Source of the DNA: an uncultured Prevotella sp.
Lineage (GTDB): Bacteria; Bacteroidota; Bacteroidia; Bacteroidales; Bacteroidaceae
Direction of reading: 5' to 3'
Assembly (NCBI GenBank): GCA_946188165.1
Contig: CAMHTW010000012.1
Coordinates: 1,595-65,594, forward strand
DNA length: 64,000 nt
In this document: piece by piece, positions 18,900-31,000 of the stretch
Position numbering within the stretch: position 1 is the stretch's first letter
How the letters are laid out: the number at the start of each line of letters is the position of its first letter
Translations under genes and position numbers: made by a program
Notes under the pieces: generated by a model
The model's database searches: none
What the model was told of the DNA's origin: nothing
The model's input: the letters and a program-made list of their open reading frames with translations, nothing else

Positions 18900-21800
18900 A
18901 TGAATATCAAGAAAGTCATATTTGCCACTCTGCTTGCTATAGTCAGCCAACTGGCGATGGCTCAGGGAGTGCGTATATCGGGAACGGTGACCGATGACGA
19001 CGGACCTATCATGATGGGTAACGTCGTAGAGCGTGACGCCAACAATCGTATCGTCAATGCCACACAGACTGACTTCAACGGTAACTTCTCGCTGCAGGTG
19101 AAGAGCACACAGAACAAGCTTGTGTTCTCGTACGTAGGCGATAAGACCAAAGTGTTGCCTATTGGCTCGAAAACCGTATTCAACGTAAAACTTGAAGCGG
19201 AAGGCAAGGCACTGCAGGAAGTCGTCGTTAAGGGACGTCGTGGCAGTTCAGGAGGTCTGATGATCCAAAAGAAAGAGATTTCTGTATCACAGCAGACCAT
19301 GAACATGGAACAGGTGGAAGGTCTGGCCTTCACCTCTGCCGACGAGGCTCTGCAGGGTGAGATTGCCGGTCTGGATGTCGTCTCGAACTCAGGTAACCTC
19401 GGTGCCGGTTCGCAGATGCGCCTGCGTGGTGTCACAACGCTCTCTGCCAATTCTAACCCGCTGATTGTTGTGGACGACAAGATTTTTGATAACCCTGACG
19501 AAGACTTTGACTTTGCCAATGCTGATGAGGAGCAATACTCATCACTGCTGTCGGTCAACGTGGAGGATATTGCCTCGATTACCGTCTTGAAGGACGCTGC
19601 TGCTACAGCCGTCTGGGGTTCGCGTGGCTCGAACGGTGTGATTATGATTACCACCAAGCGTGGCTCACGCGGAAAACCTCGTCTCAACTTCTCTTACAAG
19701 TTTACTGGTACCTGGCAGCCTAAGGGTTATAACCTGCTCAATGGTGATGACTACACGATGCTGATGAAGGAAGAGTTCTACAATCCCAAGCAGGAGGCTA
19801 CAGCCACCCTGAATATGGCTGAGTTGAACTATGACAAGAGCGGCTATGCTGATTGGGAGAACTGGAACAACAACACCGACTGGGTGGACGCTGTGTCGCA
19901 GTTCGGTGCCATGCACGATATGAGTGTCAACCTGACGGGTGGTGGCCAGAAGGCGCAGTTCCGTATCTCGGCAGGTTACAAGCACCAGACTGGTTCTATC
20001 ATCAAACAGAAGTTCCAGCAGTTTACTACGCGTATGGCCTTGGATTACAACGTGTCTGACCGCATACGCTTCATCACCAACTTTGCGCTGACCTATACGG
20101 ATAATTATAAGAATTACGAAGGCAAGATCAATGGCGTGAACCATCAGAGCCTGTTGGCTATTGCCCAGCAGCAGGCGCCAAACATGAGCATCTATCGTCA
20201 GGATGGCAACGGTAATGATACCGACGAATATTTCCTGATGAATCCGACTGCCCCCAATCGTAATACAACGCCATACGACGGTGCATACTCCAGCTACGAC
20301 CTGTCAGGCATCTACGGACTGGGTAACCCCGTGGCCATCGCTAACATGGCTTGGGTGAAAGACCAGACATACCGCTTGACACCTGACTTTACCATCAAGT
20401 ATGAGATTCTGGGTACGGAGGCTGATAAGAGTCGACTGACATTCAATGGTCGTGTGGACTTCGATATCTTCGCTGAATCGAAACCCACTTACTGGCCTGC
20501 TGCCCTGTCGAACGCCCTTTGGACTTCCAATGAGTACAACCTGACGACAAACTATGAATTCAACCGTATGAAGATTGGTGGTCGTGCCGAGTTTGTATTT
20601 ACGCCCTATTTCCGTAATAAGGATTTCTCTGCCACCATGTTGTTGCGCTACGAGATGAATACACAGAGGAGCAACAACCAGACGGTTATCATGAATCACC
20701 TTCCTAATGGTATCACCTCGTCGACCGTCAATGCGGCTCCGGGCACACCGAGCAGCGGCAACAGTAAGTCGAACGATCAGAACTTGCTTTATAATGCTCA
20801 CTTCAGCTATAAGGATGGTCGTTACTCACTTGGCTTCTCACTGCGTGCTGACGGTAACTCGAAGTTCGGACCCAAGAACAAGTGGGCTTACTTCCCTGGT
20901 GTATCGCTGCGTTACAATATCAGTGAGGAACCATTTATGAAGTGGAGTACCAAGGTGGTATCCATATTAGGTCTGCGTGCTTCTTGGGGTATTGTGGGTA
21001 AGGCTCCAGACAGTGACTATCTGTTCTATAATACCTATAATACGTCGGCAGGTAGCTATGGTAAGGGTAATACCAATTTGGCCAACTATACATCGTTGGA
21101 TGGCCTGAAACTCGATAACCTGCGCTGGGAGAAGACAACCAGCTACAACTTAGGTTTCAATTTGGGCCTGCTGAATGACAAGATTGAGATAGACTTCGAC
21201 TTCTATCATAAGGACACCAAAGACCTGCTGATGAGCAATGTCACTATTCCGAGCTTTACGGGATATAGCTTAGTCAAATACGCTAATGTTGGCCGTATGA
21301 CCAACAGAGGTTGGGAACTGAATCTGACAGCTAAGAAAATTGTGAAGTTTGGCAAATTCTCTATGGATTTTGGTTTCAACATCTCACAAAACGAAAACTT
21401 GCTGAAGGAAATGGATGAGAGCGTCCTGCAGGGCATCAATGGCACCACATGGGGCTATGGCGACCGCGGTACGTATCCTATCCGTGTGCAGTTGAACAAT
21501 TCACTGGGTTCTATTTATGGCTTCCGCTATCAGGGAACCTACCAGTACTCTTATGACTATCTGCAGAACTACCAGAAGGAGCATAACTTGACGCCTGCTG
21601 AATACGAGAATTGGATTAACGATTTCCTGGCCAGTGGCAAGAGCGCTCCTGTGGCTGTGGGTTCTGACGGCAAGGTCATCATGGACAACACCACAGGTAC
21701 ACCGCAGCGTATGAAGTATGCTTACAGCCAGATTACTGAGAATGGACATCAGGGCTATAACTTCCAGGGTGGTGATGCCAAGTATGAGGACATCAACCAC

Positions 21801-22337
21801 GATGGCGAAATCAATGCACTTGACATCGTGTACTTAGGCAATTCGTTGCCTAAGGTGCAGGGTGGTTTCAATTTCTCGTTCAATTATGGCAAATGGTTCT
21901 TGAAAGCCCGTTTCAACTATCGTTTTGGCAACAAGATTGTCAACATTGCCCGTATGAATTTGGAGAACATGTATAGCACCAGTAACCAGAGCACAACGGT
22001 GAACTATCGCTGGCGTAAGGATGGTGACGACACGCCCATGCCGCGTGCCCTCTACCAGACGGGCTATAACTGGCAGAACTCCAGCCGTTATGTGGAAGAC
22101 GGTGGATTCGTTCGCTTCCAGAACTTGCAGATTGGCTATAAGTTTGACAACAAGACCATCAAGAAGTGGGGTCTGAATCAGTTGCAGATTTATGCTTCGA
22201 TGAACAACCTCTATGTCTGGACGAAGTACAGTGGCGTCGATCCTGAGGTGTCGGCACGTGGCTACAGCCCTGCCCTCGACACTTCAAAGACACCGAGGTC
22301 CAGACAGTTTACGATGACATTAAATGTTGGATTCTAA
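18900..22337 (+). CDS. susC: SusC/RagA TonB-dependent transporter
   Basis: N-terminal CarboxypepD-like domain; plug motif DIASITVLKDAAATAVWGSRGSNGVIMITTKRG; LRWEKTTSYNLG; YEDINHDGEINALD; terminal Phe (LNVGF). Confidence 0.95.
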   Translation: MNIKKVIFATLLAIVSQLAMAQGVRISGTVTDDDGPIMMGNVVERDANNRIVNATQTDFNGNFSLQVKSTQNKLVFSYVGDKTKVLPIGSKTVFNVKLEAEGKALQEVVVKGRRGSSGGLMIQKKEISVSQQTMNMEQVEGLAFTSADEALQGEIAGLDVVSNSGNLGAGSQMRLRGVTTLSANSNPLIVVDDKIFDNPDEDFDFANADEEQYSSLLSVNVEDIASITVLKDAAATAVWGSRGSNGVIMITTKRGSRGKPRLNFSYKFTGTWQPKGYNLLNGDDYTMLMKEEFYNPKQEATATLNMAELNYDKSGYADWENWNNNTDWVDAVSQFGAMHDMSVNLTGGGQKAQFRISAGYKHQTGSIIKQKFQQFTTRMALDYNVSDRIRFITNFALTYTDNYKNYEGKINGVNHQSLLAIAQQQAPNMSIYRQDGNGNDTDEYFLMNPTAPNRNTTPYDGAYSSYDLSGIYGLGNPVAIANMAWVKDQTYRLTPDFTIKYEILGTEADKSRLTFNGRVDFDIFAESKPTYWPAALSNALWTSNEYNLTTNYEFNRMKIGGRAEFVFTPYFRNKDFSATMLLRYEMNTQRSNNQTVIMNHLPNGITSSTVNAAPGTPSSGNSKSNDQNLLYNAHFSYKDGRYSLGFSLRADGNSKFGPKNKWAYFPGVSLRYNISEEPFMKWSTKVVSILGLRASWGIVGKAPDSDYLFYNTYNTSAGSYGKGNTNLANYTSLDGLKLDNLRWEKTTSYNLGFNLGLLNDKIEIDFDFYHKDTKDLLMSNVTIPSFTGYSLVKYANVGRMTNRGWELNLTAKKIVKFGKFSMDFGFNISQNENLLKEMDESVLQGINGTTWGYGDRGTYPIRVQLNNSLGSIYGFRYQGTYQYSYDYLQNYQKEHNLTPAEYENWINDFLASGKSAPVAVGSDGKVIMDNTTGTPQRMKYAYSQITENGHQGYNFQGGDAKYEDINHDGEINALDIVYLGNSLPKVQGGFNFSFNYGKWFLKARFNYRFGNKIVNIARMNLENMYSTSNQSTTVNYRWRKDGDDTPMPRALYQTGYNWQNSSRYVEDGGFVRFQNLQIGYKFDNKTIKKWGLNQLQIYASMNNLYVWTKYSGVDPEVSARGYSPALDTSKTPRSRQFTMTLNVGF

Positions 22338-22354
22338 AGTAAATAATGATTGTT

Positions 22355-24136
22355 ATGAAGAAATATATATCAATGTTCGTCGCCAGTTTGATGCTTGTGT
22401 CTTGTGTGGACACCATCATCCTGCCTGACGACAAGACGGTAGACGAGGACTTCTGGCAGACCAAGGGTGATGTGGCATCCATGGTTAGCGGTGCCTATGC
22501 GGTGATGGCTTCCAACGATGTGCTGACGCGTCTCATCATCTGGGGCGACTTCCGCACCGACGAGGTGCTTCGCAACTCAGGCGTTACTGATGTGAGTGCC
22601 ACCACGCAGGCTCTCGATGAAATTGCAGCCGTCAATATTCAAACCACCAATATGTTTGCAACGTGGTCACAGCTCTACGATGTCATCAATCGGTGTAACA
22701 TCGTGTTGGAGCGCGCTGAGGGTGTGATGATGATTGACCCGAACTACACTTTGGGCGACTATCAGGTGGACCGCTCACAAATGTTGGCATTACGTGCCTT
22801 GTGCTATTTCTATCTGGTACGTAATTTCCGTGACGTGCCCTTTATTACTGAGGCTTACATGAACAGTAGCCAGAGTTTTTTACGCGAACAGACCGCACCG
22901 GCTACCATTATCGACCAGTGCATTGCCGACCTTGAGGGATGTGTCTCGACGGCTATGTCGCCACGCAGCTATGGCACCGGTGAATGGCGCCGTGTAGGCT
23001 GGCTGACCAGCGATGGCATCAACGCCCTGCTGGCAGACCTCTACTTGTGGCGTGCCTCGGTGACGCACAGTGCTGCAGACTACCGGCAGTGTGTTGCTAT
23101 CTGTGACCGTGTCATTGCCTCTAAGAAAGCACAGCATATCCGCGGCCGTAATGAACTGACCGAAAAGGAATATCCATTGGCTGATGCTGAGGACATGTAT
23201 TATGACCTCTTTGTGTCGCAGAATGCAGAGGAGAGCATCTTTGAACTGCAAAACCGCAGTAATCTGCCCCTTTGCCAGTTCTATTACAAATATAAGAGTG
23301 CTTCTGCCACCGCTGGTATGGGCTGGCTGAAGGCAACGCCGATTTTTGCTGCCGCAGCTCCCCATAGTGTCTATAATGCCACGACCATTCTGAGCAATTC
23401 AGCACTGTTCAGTTCGAGCGATATGCGGTATTATGCAGCTTGTTTCATTCCTGGTACGGGCGAGGATTCCTATGACATTCGCAAGATGATTTGCGAGGTT
23501 GATGTTCCCGCCAAGGTGACGCAGAAAACCCGTGAGGCTTACGACTATGGTGGCCGTGACCATAATTTCAACATCTATCGTCTGAGCGATGTCATGCTTA
23601 TGAAAGCAGAAGCAATGGTGCAGTTGGCAGAGGAAACTCCCGAAACGGCCACCGACGAAGAAAAGGCAGAGATCAGTGCACGTAACGAGGCCTTGCTGCG
23701 TCCGGCATTCAACATGGTTCAGGCAGTGAACACACGTGCGCTTCATGCAGAGAATCAGGCAGACTCGCTGAAGTGGAACACCTTTAAGGATTTCTCGAAG
23801 GATCAGTTCGAGCAGTTGGTGATGCAGGAGCGAATGCGTGAATTCTGCTTCGAAGGCCGTCGCTGGTATGACCTGTTGCGCTACAACTATCGTCACGTGC
23901 AAGGTGTAGACTACGGTACTATTCTCGCAGACCAGAGCACACTGGTTCGTAACTACGACGAAATGCTGACGCTGATGACGCGCCAGCGTGGAACCGATGC
24001 CAGTGGCGTGAAGGCGAAGATGGCCAACGAGGCTTATCTGTATATGCCTATACCTAATAGCGATATTCTTGTTTGTCCGGCGTTGAAGCAAAACCCGGTC
24101 TACAAGAGTTCTAACGATTTCGAAAAGTCATACTAA
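22355..24136 (+). CDS. susD: SusD/RagB lipoprotein
   Basis: Lipobox LVSC; YDVINRCNIVL, LRALCYFYLVRNFRDVPF, YRLSDVMLMKAEA, ERMREFCFEGRRWYDLLR, LKQNPVY. The start could also be 22346. Confidence 0.92.
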   Translation: MKKYISMFVASLMLVSCVDTIILPDDKTVDEDFWQTKGDVASMVSGAYAVMASNDVLTRLIIWGDFRTDEVLRNSGVTDVSATTQALDEIAAVNIQTTNMFATWSQLYDVINRCNIVLERAEGVMMIDPNYTLGDYQVDRSQMLALRALCYFYLVRNFRDVPFITEAYMNSSQSFLREQTAPATIIDQCIADLEGCVSTAMSPRSYGTGEWRRVGWLTSDGINALLADLYLWRASVTHSAADYRQCVAICDRVIASKKAQHIRGRNELTEKEYPLADAEDMYYDLFVSQNAEESIFELQNRSNLPLCQFYYKYKSASATAGMGWLKATPIFAAAAPHSVYNATTILSNSALFSSSDMRYYAACFIPGTGEDSYDIRKMICEVDVPAKVTQKTREAYDYGGRDHNFNIYRLSDVMLMKAEAMVQLAEETPETATDEEKAEISARNEALLRPAFNMVQAVNTRALHAENQADSLKWNTFKDFSKDQFEQLVMQERMREFCFEGRRWYDLLRYNYRHVQGVDYGTILADQSTLVRNYDEMLTLMTRQRGTDASGVKAKMANEAYLYMPIPNSDILVCPALKQNPVYKSSNDFEKSY

Positions 24137-24154
24137 AGCAAAGGAGGAACTATT

Positions 24155-26299
24155 ATGAATAAAGAATTGATTAAACTGAGCAGAAGGGTTTTGGCCTTCG
24201 GTCTGGCAGGCATGGCATTGCTCACTGCCTGTAACCCGGAGCCCGATGAGTCCGATTTGTTTACTGCTACTGGTGAGACGGCTGCCGACTATATTAAGCG
24301 TAAGCCGGAATTGGTAGCGTTCAACCGCATCCTCAACAAGGTGGGCATGGATCGCAACTTGTCTGCATACGGTCTTTACACTTGTTTCATTCCTACGAAC
24401 GATGCCGTAGATGCCTATATTCAGAAACTCTATAATGACGGCGATGCGAAGATTCCCCACAACGGTCTGTCAGGTACAGCACTTGACAACCTGCTTGAGA
24501 ATGACAGTCTGTGTCGTGACATCGTTTTCTATCACTTGCATGCCAATGAGGCTATGACCACCATTGACATGGGTAGCGGTAGCGGCTCCATCAGCACGAT
24601 GCTCCGTATCCCCATGACCAGCGATGGCTCGACGGGTAAAATAGTTCTTAATCAGAGTGCTACAATTATCCAGCCCGACTCTTTGGTTACTAATGGTGTG
24701 GTGCATGTCATTGATTCGGTCGTACCGCGTAATACGCGTTTGCTGCCTGAAGAGTTGGACCGTATCTCGGAATTCAGCATATTTGCAGAAGCCTTGCGCA
24801 TGACGGGACTTGCTGAAGCTGTTTCCGTATCGAGCAAGAACAAGGAGTACACTATTAGCGACAGCAAGGACACAAATGGCGACTTGCTGTACCATCCAGA
24901 AGACTGCAAAGTCATGTTTACTATCTTTGCTGAACCAAACAGCGTGATGGCTAAGAATGGCATTCACAATATAAATGACCTTATCGAGTATGCCAACAAG
25001 CAGTATGGCGAAGCCGCTAACTGGTATGACTATGTGAGTGAAAAAGGCATCACCGTCAGTACGGGTGACGACTATACCAACCGCTTCAATGCGCTCAACA
25101 TGTTCGTGGCCTACCACATCTTGTATGCTGGTATGCCTGAGGATGAACTGGTGTATGAACGCAGTTCGAAGTGGCAGCGTGCCCAGACATGGAACTATAC
25201 GAACGGTGCAATGCCCTTCGACTACTATGAGACCATGTTGCCCAATACCATCTTGAAGATCTGGCAGCCTGAACCCATGTTGGCCCGCAAGTCACTCTAC
25301 ATCAACCGTTGTGTTGAGCTGAACACGCTGACTGATGAGCTTGGTACTATGGGTTCTGACGGTATTCACCCACTGGTAGAGGGTGTGGGCTTGAATGTCA
25401 AGATTAACCGTACGACGGACAAGGTTGACAACACCCCTTGGAACATACAGACCTATAACGGCTACATTCATAGTATTCAGGATATGCTGGTGTATTCTGC
25501 TCTGGTACCGCAGAAGGTGCTTCACGAGCGTATGCGTTTCGACAGTACCACTTTCCTGGTTGAGTTCATCAACAATGGTATACGTATGTCGACCAGTGGC
25601 GAGATTTCAGCTCTTAATGGCGGTGGAAGTGGTGCCCGTGTGGCCTTCCCGCTGGATTACTTTGACAATGTGGTCAGCTATAATTCTGGCAATAAGTTCC
25701 GCTATAACGTGAAAGGCGCCTATAATGCCTGGCAGGCTGACACCTTCCAAGGCTGGGGTGAATATGACTTGGCTATCAAGCTGCCCCCCATACCGACCGG
25801 CATCTATGAGCTCCGCATTTTCTATACGCCTATGTCGCATGGCGGCATGATGCAGTTCTATTTGGGTGAGAACAAGAGTGTGCAGTCTATGATGGCACTT
25901 GACATTCCGCTGGATGTCCGTGTGCCTATTGACGACCCGCGTATTGGCTGGACGAATTTTGCCGAGGAGGACGACTACGGTATCGCCACCGATGCAGCCT
26001 TGCGTAATCACGGCTATATGCGTGGTATCTACTCTTATGCCGACCATGCAGAGCGTGGTGACCTGAATACGAACAAGGGCAAGATTGACGATCAGCGTAA
26101 CATGCGCTATACGACGACCGGTAACCAGAGCCTGCGTAAGCTCTTCACGCCCCGTAAATATAATCAGAGCGAGGAGTACTGGTTCCGTATTAAGAATGTT
26201 ATCAGCGACCAGCAGGACTTGAAGTGGCAGTTTGACTATATCGAGTTTGTGCCGCTGGATGTGGTGAACAATCCTTCGTATGCAGAGGACTGGTTCTAA
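24155..26299 (+). CDS. Fasciclin domain lipoprotein (2 FAS1 repeats plus C-terminal beta-sandwich)
   Basis: Lipobox LTAC with acidic NPEPDESD; YTCFIPTNDAV/TNGVVHVIDSV and FTIFAEPNSV/NGYIHSIQDML; ends FDYIEFVP. Confidence 0.8.
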   Translation: MNKELIKLSRRVLAFGLAGMALLTACNPEPDESDLFTATGETAADYIKRKPELVAFNRILNKVGMDRNLSAYGLYTCFIPTNDAVDAYIQKLYNDGDAKIPHNGLSGTALDNLLENDSLCRDIVFYHLHANEAMTTIDMGSGSGSISTMLRIPMTSDGSTGKIVLNQSATIIQPDSLVTNGVVHVIDSVVPRNTRLLPEELDRISEFSIFAEALRMTGLAEAVSVSSKNKEYTISDSKDTNGDLLYHPEDCKVMFTIFAEPNSVMAKNGIHNINDLIEYANKQYGEAANWYDYVSEKGITVSTGDDYTNRFNALNMFVAYHILYAGMPEDELVYERSSKWQRAQTWNYTNGAMPFDYYETMLPNTILKIWQPEPMLARKSLYINRCVELNTLTDELGTMGSDGIHPLVEGVGLNVKINRTTDKVDNTPWNIQTYNGYIHSIQDMLVYSALVPQKVLHERMRFDSTTFLVEFINNGIRMSTSGEISALNGGGSGARVAFPLDYFDNVVSYNSGNKFRYNVKGAYNAWQADTFQGWGEYDLAIKLPPIPTGIYELRIFYTPMSHGGMMQFYLGENKSVQSMMALDIPLDVRVPIDDPRIGWTNFAEEDDYGIATDAALRNHGYMRGIYSYADHAERGDLNTNKGKIDDQRNMRYTTTGNQSLRKLFTPRKYNQSEEYWFRIKNVISDQQDLKWQFDYIEFVPLDVVNNPSYAEDWF

Positions 26300-26334
26300 G
26301 ACAATTGATAATTTTAAATTGACAATTGATAATT
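26300..26334. repeat. Heptamer tandem array (GAYAATT x5) filling the intergenic gap
   Basis: gacaatt gataatt ttaaatt gacaatt gataatt lies directly between a stop codon and the next ATG. Confidence 0.7.
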
Positions 26335-28092
26335 ATGAAGAATAACAAATATATAGGAATCATGATGCTGGCAGCCACGATGCTGACTGCCGCATCGTGC
26401 TCCGATTTCAATGACTATAACGAGACCCCTGCTGATGCACTGCCTGCGGGTAATCAGTCGCTTTGGCAGAATATCTCGCAGAATCAAGATTTGTCAGACT
26501 TTGCTGCACTGGTTGAGAAGTCTGGTTTTAGCACAGAATTGGACAAGTCTAAATCGTTCACTATCTGGGCACCAAAGAATGGCAGCTTTGACCCCGCCGT
26601 ATTTGCAGGGTTGTCGAAGGAGGACTTGCTGCAGCAGTTCGTCAAGAACCACATTGCAGAATATGGCCATGTGGCGTCTGGTGCTCTTAGCAAGCGCATC
26701 CACACGCTCAATGAGAAGTCGTACATCTTTGAAGGCAATGGCCAGTACACCTTCGGTGGTGTGACCATTAGCAAGCCTAATCAGCCCAGCAATAATGGCG
26801 TGATGCACATCATGGACAACTATGCGCCATTCTATCACAATTTGTATGAGTATCTGAAGGTAGCCCCAGACATCGATTCGTTGCGTAACCACTTTATGCG
26901 CTATGAGTTGAACATGCTCGACGAGTCTGCCAGCGTAAAGGGACCGATGGTCAATGGCATGCAGACATACATTGACTCTGTGATGGTTACAACCAACCAA
27001 CTGACAAACCAGCTTGGAGCCCGCATCAGCAATGAGGACAGCTCGTATACATTTATCATGCCCACGTCTGAGGCTTTCATGAAAATGTATGACAAGGTGA
27101 AGTCTTATTACAATTTCGTTGATGAGACCATTGTTCAGGATGTGGCTAACTACACCAGTGCCACCGACACGAAGACGGTGACGGCTAAGGTGAACGCTGC
27201 CTATTTGAGCGATTCTCTTGTCCGTCAGTCTATTGTAAGAAACCTGATATACAGTAATCACGATGCCTATAACCAGTGGATTGTAGATGAGGGGCAGAAT
27301 ACAGACTCTATCCGTTCTACGGTACGTAACAAGTTCTCTAATCCTGACGACTTGCTTAACAAGTATCTGGTAGGTGAGCCTGTTACCATGAGTAATGGAT
27401 ATGCCCGAATTGTCGACAGCTTGGCATTCCTCCCTTGGGAACTCTATTCTCCCGAGTTGGAAGTCAACCCGCGCTATTGGCTGGCAAACCTCTTCCCAGC
27501 CAGCGCTGTGGCTAATAGGAATCAGTCGGTACCTGACTCGCTGGTTAAAAAGGTGTTCGGTCCGGACTGTGATGAAACGAATTTCCGCTATATGTGGATA
27601 ACGCCTGGCGGTGACCGTGCTAAGCCCGACTTTGCCATTCAGTTGCCTGGTGTACGCTCGACGACTTATAATTTCTATGTCGTGTTTATGCCGTCAGCTT
27701 GGAAGCAGTTTGGTAATGATCCGCGTCCCAACTGGCTGAACTTCGAATTGAACTATGCCAATGACAAGGGAGCAACGGCCAAATATTACTTCAGCAAGGC
27801 CTATGCCGACAGCTTACTCACAGGCGGAACGCTTCCGAAGGTACCGACATCCGTTGGAACCGCTACGGCATTCACCAACAATCCCGAGAAGGCTGACACC
27901 GTGTTTATAGGCCGTTTCACCTTCCCTGTGGCCTATAATGGCCTTGGCGAGTACTATCCAAGCATCCGTGTCACTTCTCCTATCAGTGTGTTCAATGCAA
28001 CACAGTTGAATAGCTATAGCCGTGACGTACGTATTGCAGCTATCCTGCTGCGCCCTGTTGAACTGGACGAATATGAAGCTAAACAAAAATGA
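26335..28092 (+). CDS. Fasciclin domain lipoprotein (2 FAS1-like repeats plus C-terminal beta-sandwich)
   Basis: Lipobox AASC with SDFNDYNE; FTIWAPKNGSF/NNGVMHIMDN and YTFIMPTSEAF/SNGYARIVDSL. ATG 26335 preferred over the ORF-track start 26326. Confidence 0.78.
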   Translation: MKNNKYIGIMMLAATMLTAASCSDFNDYNETPADALPAGNQSLWQNISQNQDLSDFAALVEKSGFSTELDKSKSFTIWAPKNGSFDPAVFAGLSKEDLLQQFVKNHIAEYGHVASGALSKRIHTLNEKSYIFEGNGQYTFGGVTISKPNQPSNNGVMHIMDNYAPFYHNLYEYLKVAPDIDSLRNHFMRYELNMLDESASVKGPMVNGMQTYIDSVMVTTNQLTNQLGARISNEDSSYTFIMPTSEAFMKMYDKVKSYYNFVDETIVQDVANYTSATDTKTVTAKVNAAYLSDSLVRQSIVRNLIYSNHDAYNQWIVDEGQNTDSIRSTVRNKFSNPDDLLNKYLVGEPVTMSNGYARIVDSLAFLPWELYSPELEVNPRYWLANLFPASAVANRNQSVPDSLVKKVFGPDCDETNFRYMWITPGGDRAKPDFAIQLPGVRSTTYNFYVVFMPSAWKQFGNDPRPNWLNFELNYANDKGATAKYYFSKAYADSLLTGGTLPKVPTSVGTATAFTNNPEKADTVFIGRFTFPVAYNGLGEYYPSIRVTSPISVFNATQLNSYSRDVRIAAILLRPVELDEYEAKQK

Positions 28093-31000
28093 AAATGAAA
28101 CACGCCATATATTATCTTTTGCAGAACGCAGGTCAGAGACTTGCCTTCTGCCTGCTGGCTGTCACGATGTGCACCATTCCTGCCTTGGCACAGGACGATT
28201 TCGAAGAAGTGGAGACAACGATTAAGCAGCCCAAGCGTACAGAGAAAGTGGTGCAGTATGAAACGATAACCATCAAAGGTACTGTTACAGACTTGGCCAC
28301 AAAGAAACCTCTGGCAGGTGTGCAATTACAAGCACTCGGTTATATCCGTTACACGGCTATGACGGGCGAAGACGGTACTTTCAGCATTAAGGTGCCAACC
28401 TTTGCCACGGCTCTCTATGTGCACTCTCCGCAGTATATTCCCCAGCAGGTGGCCATTGTTGCCGGTGACGCATCGCAGCAGTTAGACATCCGCATGCTGA
28501 GCGACAAGTTCCAGAGTATGTACGGAACAGGTACCGACTATACTGCCAAGGCAGAGGCCCGTATCAATCGCTTTGGTGTGTCGGTGGACAACGAGATTAC
28601 CAGCAAGCTGGGCGGCGACGTGCACAGCGTGATGCGCTCGGGTGCGCTTGACGGTGGTGCGTCGATGTTTATCCGCGGCCTGAACAGTATCACCAGCGAT
28701 GCCCAGCCGTTGGTAGTTGTCGACGGCATTGAACTTGACATGCAGCGTGACCGCTACTCTCTGCACAGCGGACAGTATAACAATCTGTTGGCAAACATTG
28801 CCCCCGACGATGTCGAGAAGGTGACGGTGCTGAAGAATGCCACCGCACTGTATGGCGCTCGTGGTGCCAATGGTGTCATTCTGATTGAGACCAAGCGCGG
28901 TCACTCGATGGCTACACGTATTGATGCCAACATCTCGGTCGGTGCCATCTTTGTGCCGCGAAAGCTGACGATGATGAATGCTTCCCAGTACCGTACCTAT
29001 GCTACTGAGATGCTAGGCACCGTAGACGGCATTACCGACAGAGTCATTGTTTTTCGTTTCCTGAACGACGATCCTGACGGCTATTACTACCACATGTACC
29101 ACAACGATACTGACTGGAGCGACTATGTGTATAAGACCGCTATGACGCAGAACTATAGTATCAACGTACAGGGTGGTGACGATATCGGTATGTATAACCT
29201 CTCTGTGGGTTATGTCGATGCCAAGTATGCTGCCAAGAAGAATAGTTTCGACCGCATGAATGTTCGTTTCAATACCGATATCAACATTTTGTGGAACCTG
29301 AAGACCAAGTTCGATATTTCAATATCGCGTACTAATAATGAAGTCCTTGATAATGGCATGCCGGCAGACTTTAGCCAGGGTACGGTCGTATCGCCCACGG
29401 CACTGGCACTCATCAAGTCGCCGTTGGTGGCCCCCTACCAGTACAACAAGCTGCTCAACAACGGACAGGGAGCTTTCTCCTCATTGTTTGCCGGTGCTGA
29501 CGACTTGTTCTATCAGCTCTATTACAATCATGCCTACGACTTGGCCAATCCTGTGTCGATTCTGGACAGGGCTGTCGGTGACAACAAGAACAAGGCAGAG
29601 AACACCTACTTCAACGTGCGTGTTGAACCTGTTTACAACATCACCAACAGCTTGAAGCTGACTGCAATGGTCAGCTATACCCTGAACCGTAATTCCCAGC
29701 GTTATTTCCGTCCGTACAACGATGTTCCTTCGTTCAACATTGCCGGTGTAGGCCGTGTCTATGCCAAGACGCAGTCGATGTTTGCCAAGGAGAACAACAT
29801 TGTCGGTAAATTGCAGTTGGACTGGAACAAGCAGTTCGGACAGCATACCATTGCTGCCTATGCCGGTGCACGCTATAACGCATTTACCTACGACAATAAT
29901 GACGTGAGTGTGGATGCTACGGGTGAGACCAGCGACAAAAACCCCTCGTTAGGATGGAATGGATTCCGCAATATTCAGGGTGCTAACGACGAGTGGAAGC
30001 AGATTCAGTGGTATGGTAATGTAGACTATAACTACATGAACCGCTATTTTGCTACCGTATCGTTGATGGGCGAGGCAAACAGCCGTTTCGGTAAGAATGC
30101 CGACGGATTGAAACTGTTTGGCGTAAAATGGGCTTTGTTCCCCAGCATTCAGTTGGGCTGGGTGATGACCAACGAAAGCTGGTTCCCCAAGACACGCCTT
30201 GTCAACTATCTTCGCCTGAATGCTGGCTTCGACGTGAGCGGTAACGACGGTATCAGCAATTATGCAGCGCGTACCAGCTATACCACGGTCCGCTATAATG
30301 CCGCTGCCATCGGTACACAGCTCACCAATGTGGGTAATGACGAGATTCAGTGGGAAAGCACCAAGAAGTTCAACATCGGTCTGCAAAGCTATCTGCTGGA
30401 CAACCGTCTGGGTGTGAAGTTCGACTACTTCTTCCACAAGACCGACAACCTGCTGACGCTGAAGTCGTTCTCGAATCCTATTGGCGGTATCAACCGCTAT
30501 TGGAGCAATGGCGGCGCATTGGAGAACAGTGGTTTTGAGGCTGCTGTTACCGGAAAGCCTATTGTGTCGAAAGACTGGAACTTGGAGGTAGGCGTCTCTT
30601 TAGGTCACTACAAAAACAAGGTGACATCGTTGCCAGACGGTGACTTCACAACATCGGTATATGGCGACCAAAACATCCTGACGTCGGTCGGTAATCCCGT
30701 GGCTATGTTCTATGGCTACAAGACCAGTGGCGTCTTTGCTGACGATGCTTCCGCACGTGTAGGCAAGGTGTCAGCAGACAATCCGGAAGGCTACCTCTAT
30801 ATGACCGATGCTGCTGGCAACAAGAACTTCTTCAAGGCTGGCGACATGCGTTTCGTAGACCTGAATGACGACGGTAAAATCAACGACAAGGACAAAACCA
30901 TTATCGGTAATCCTAATCCCGACCTCTATGGTAACATCTTCGCTACACTCAGCTGGAAAGACCTGACATTGTCCGTAGGCTTCAACTATTCGTTGGGTAA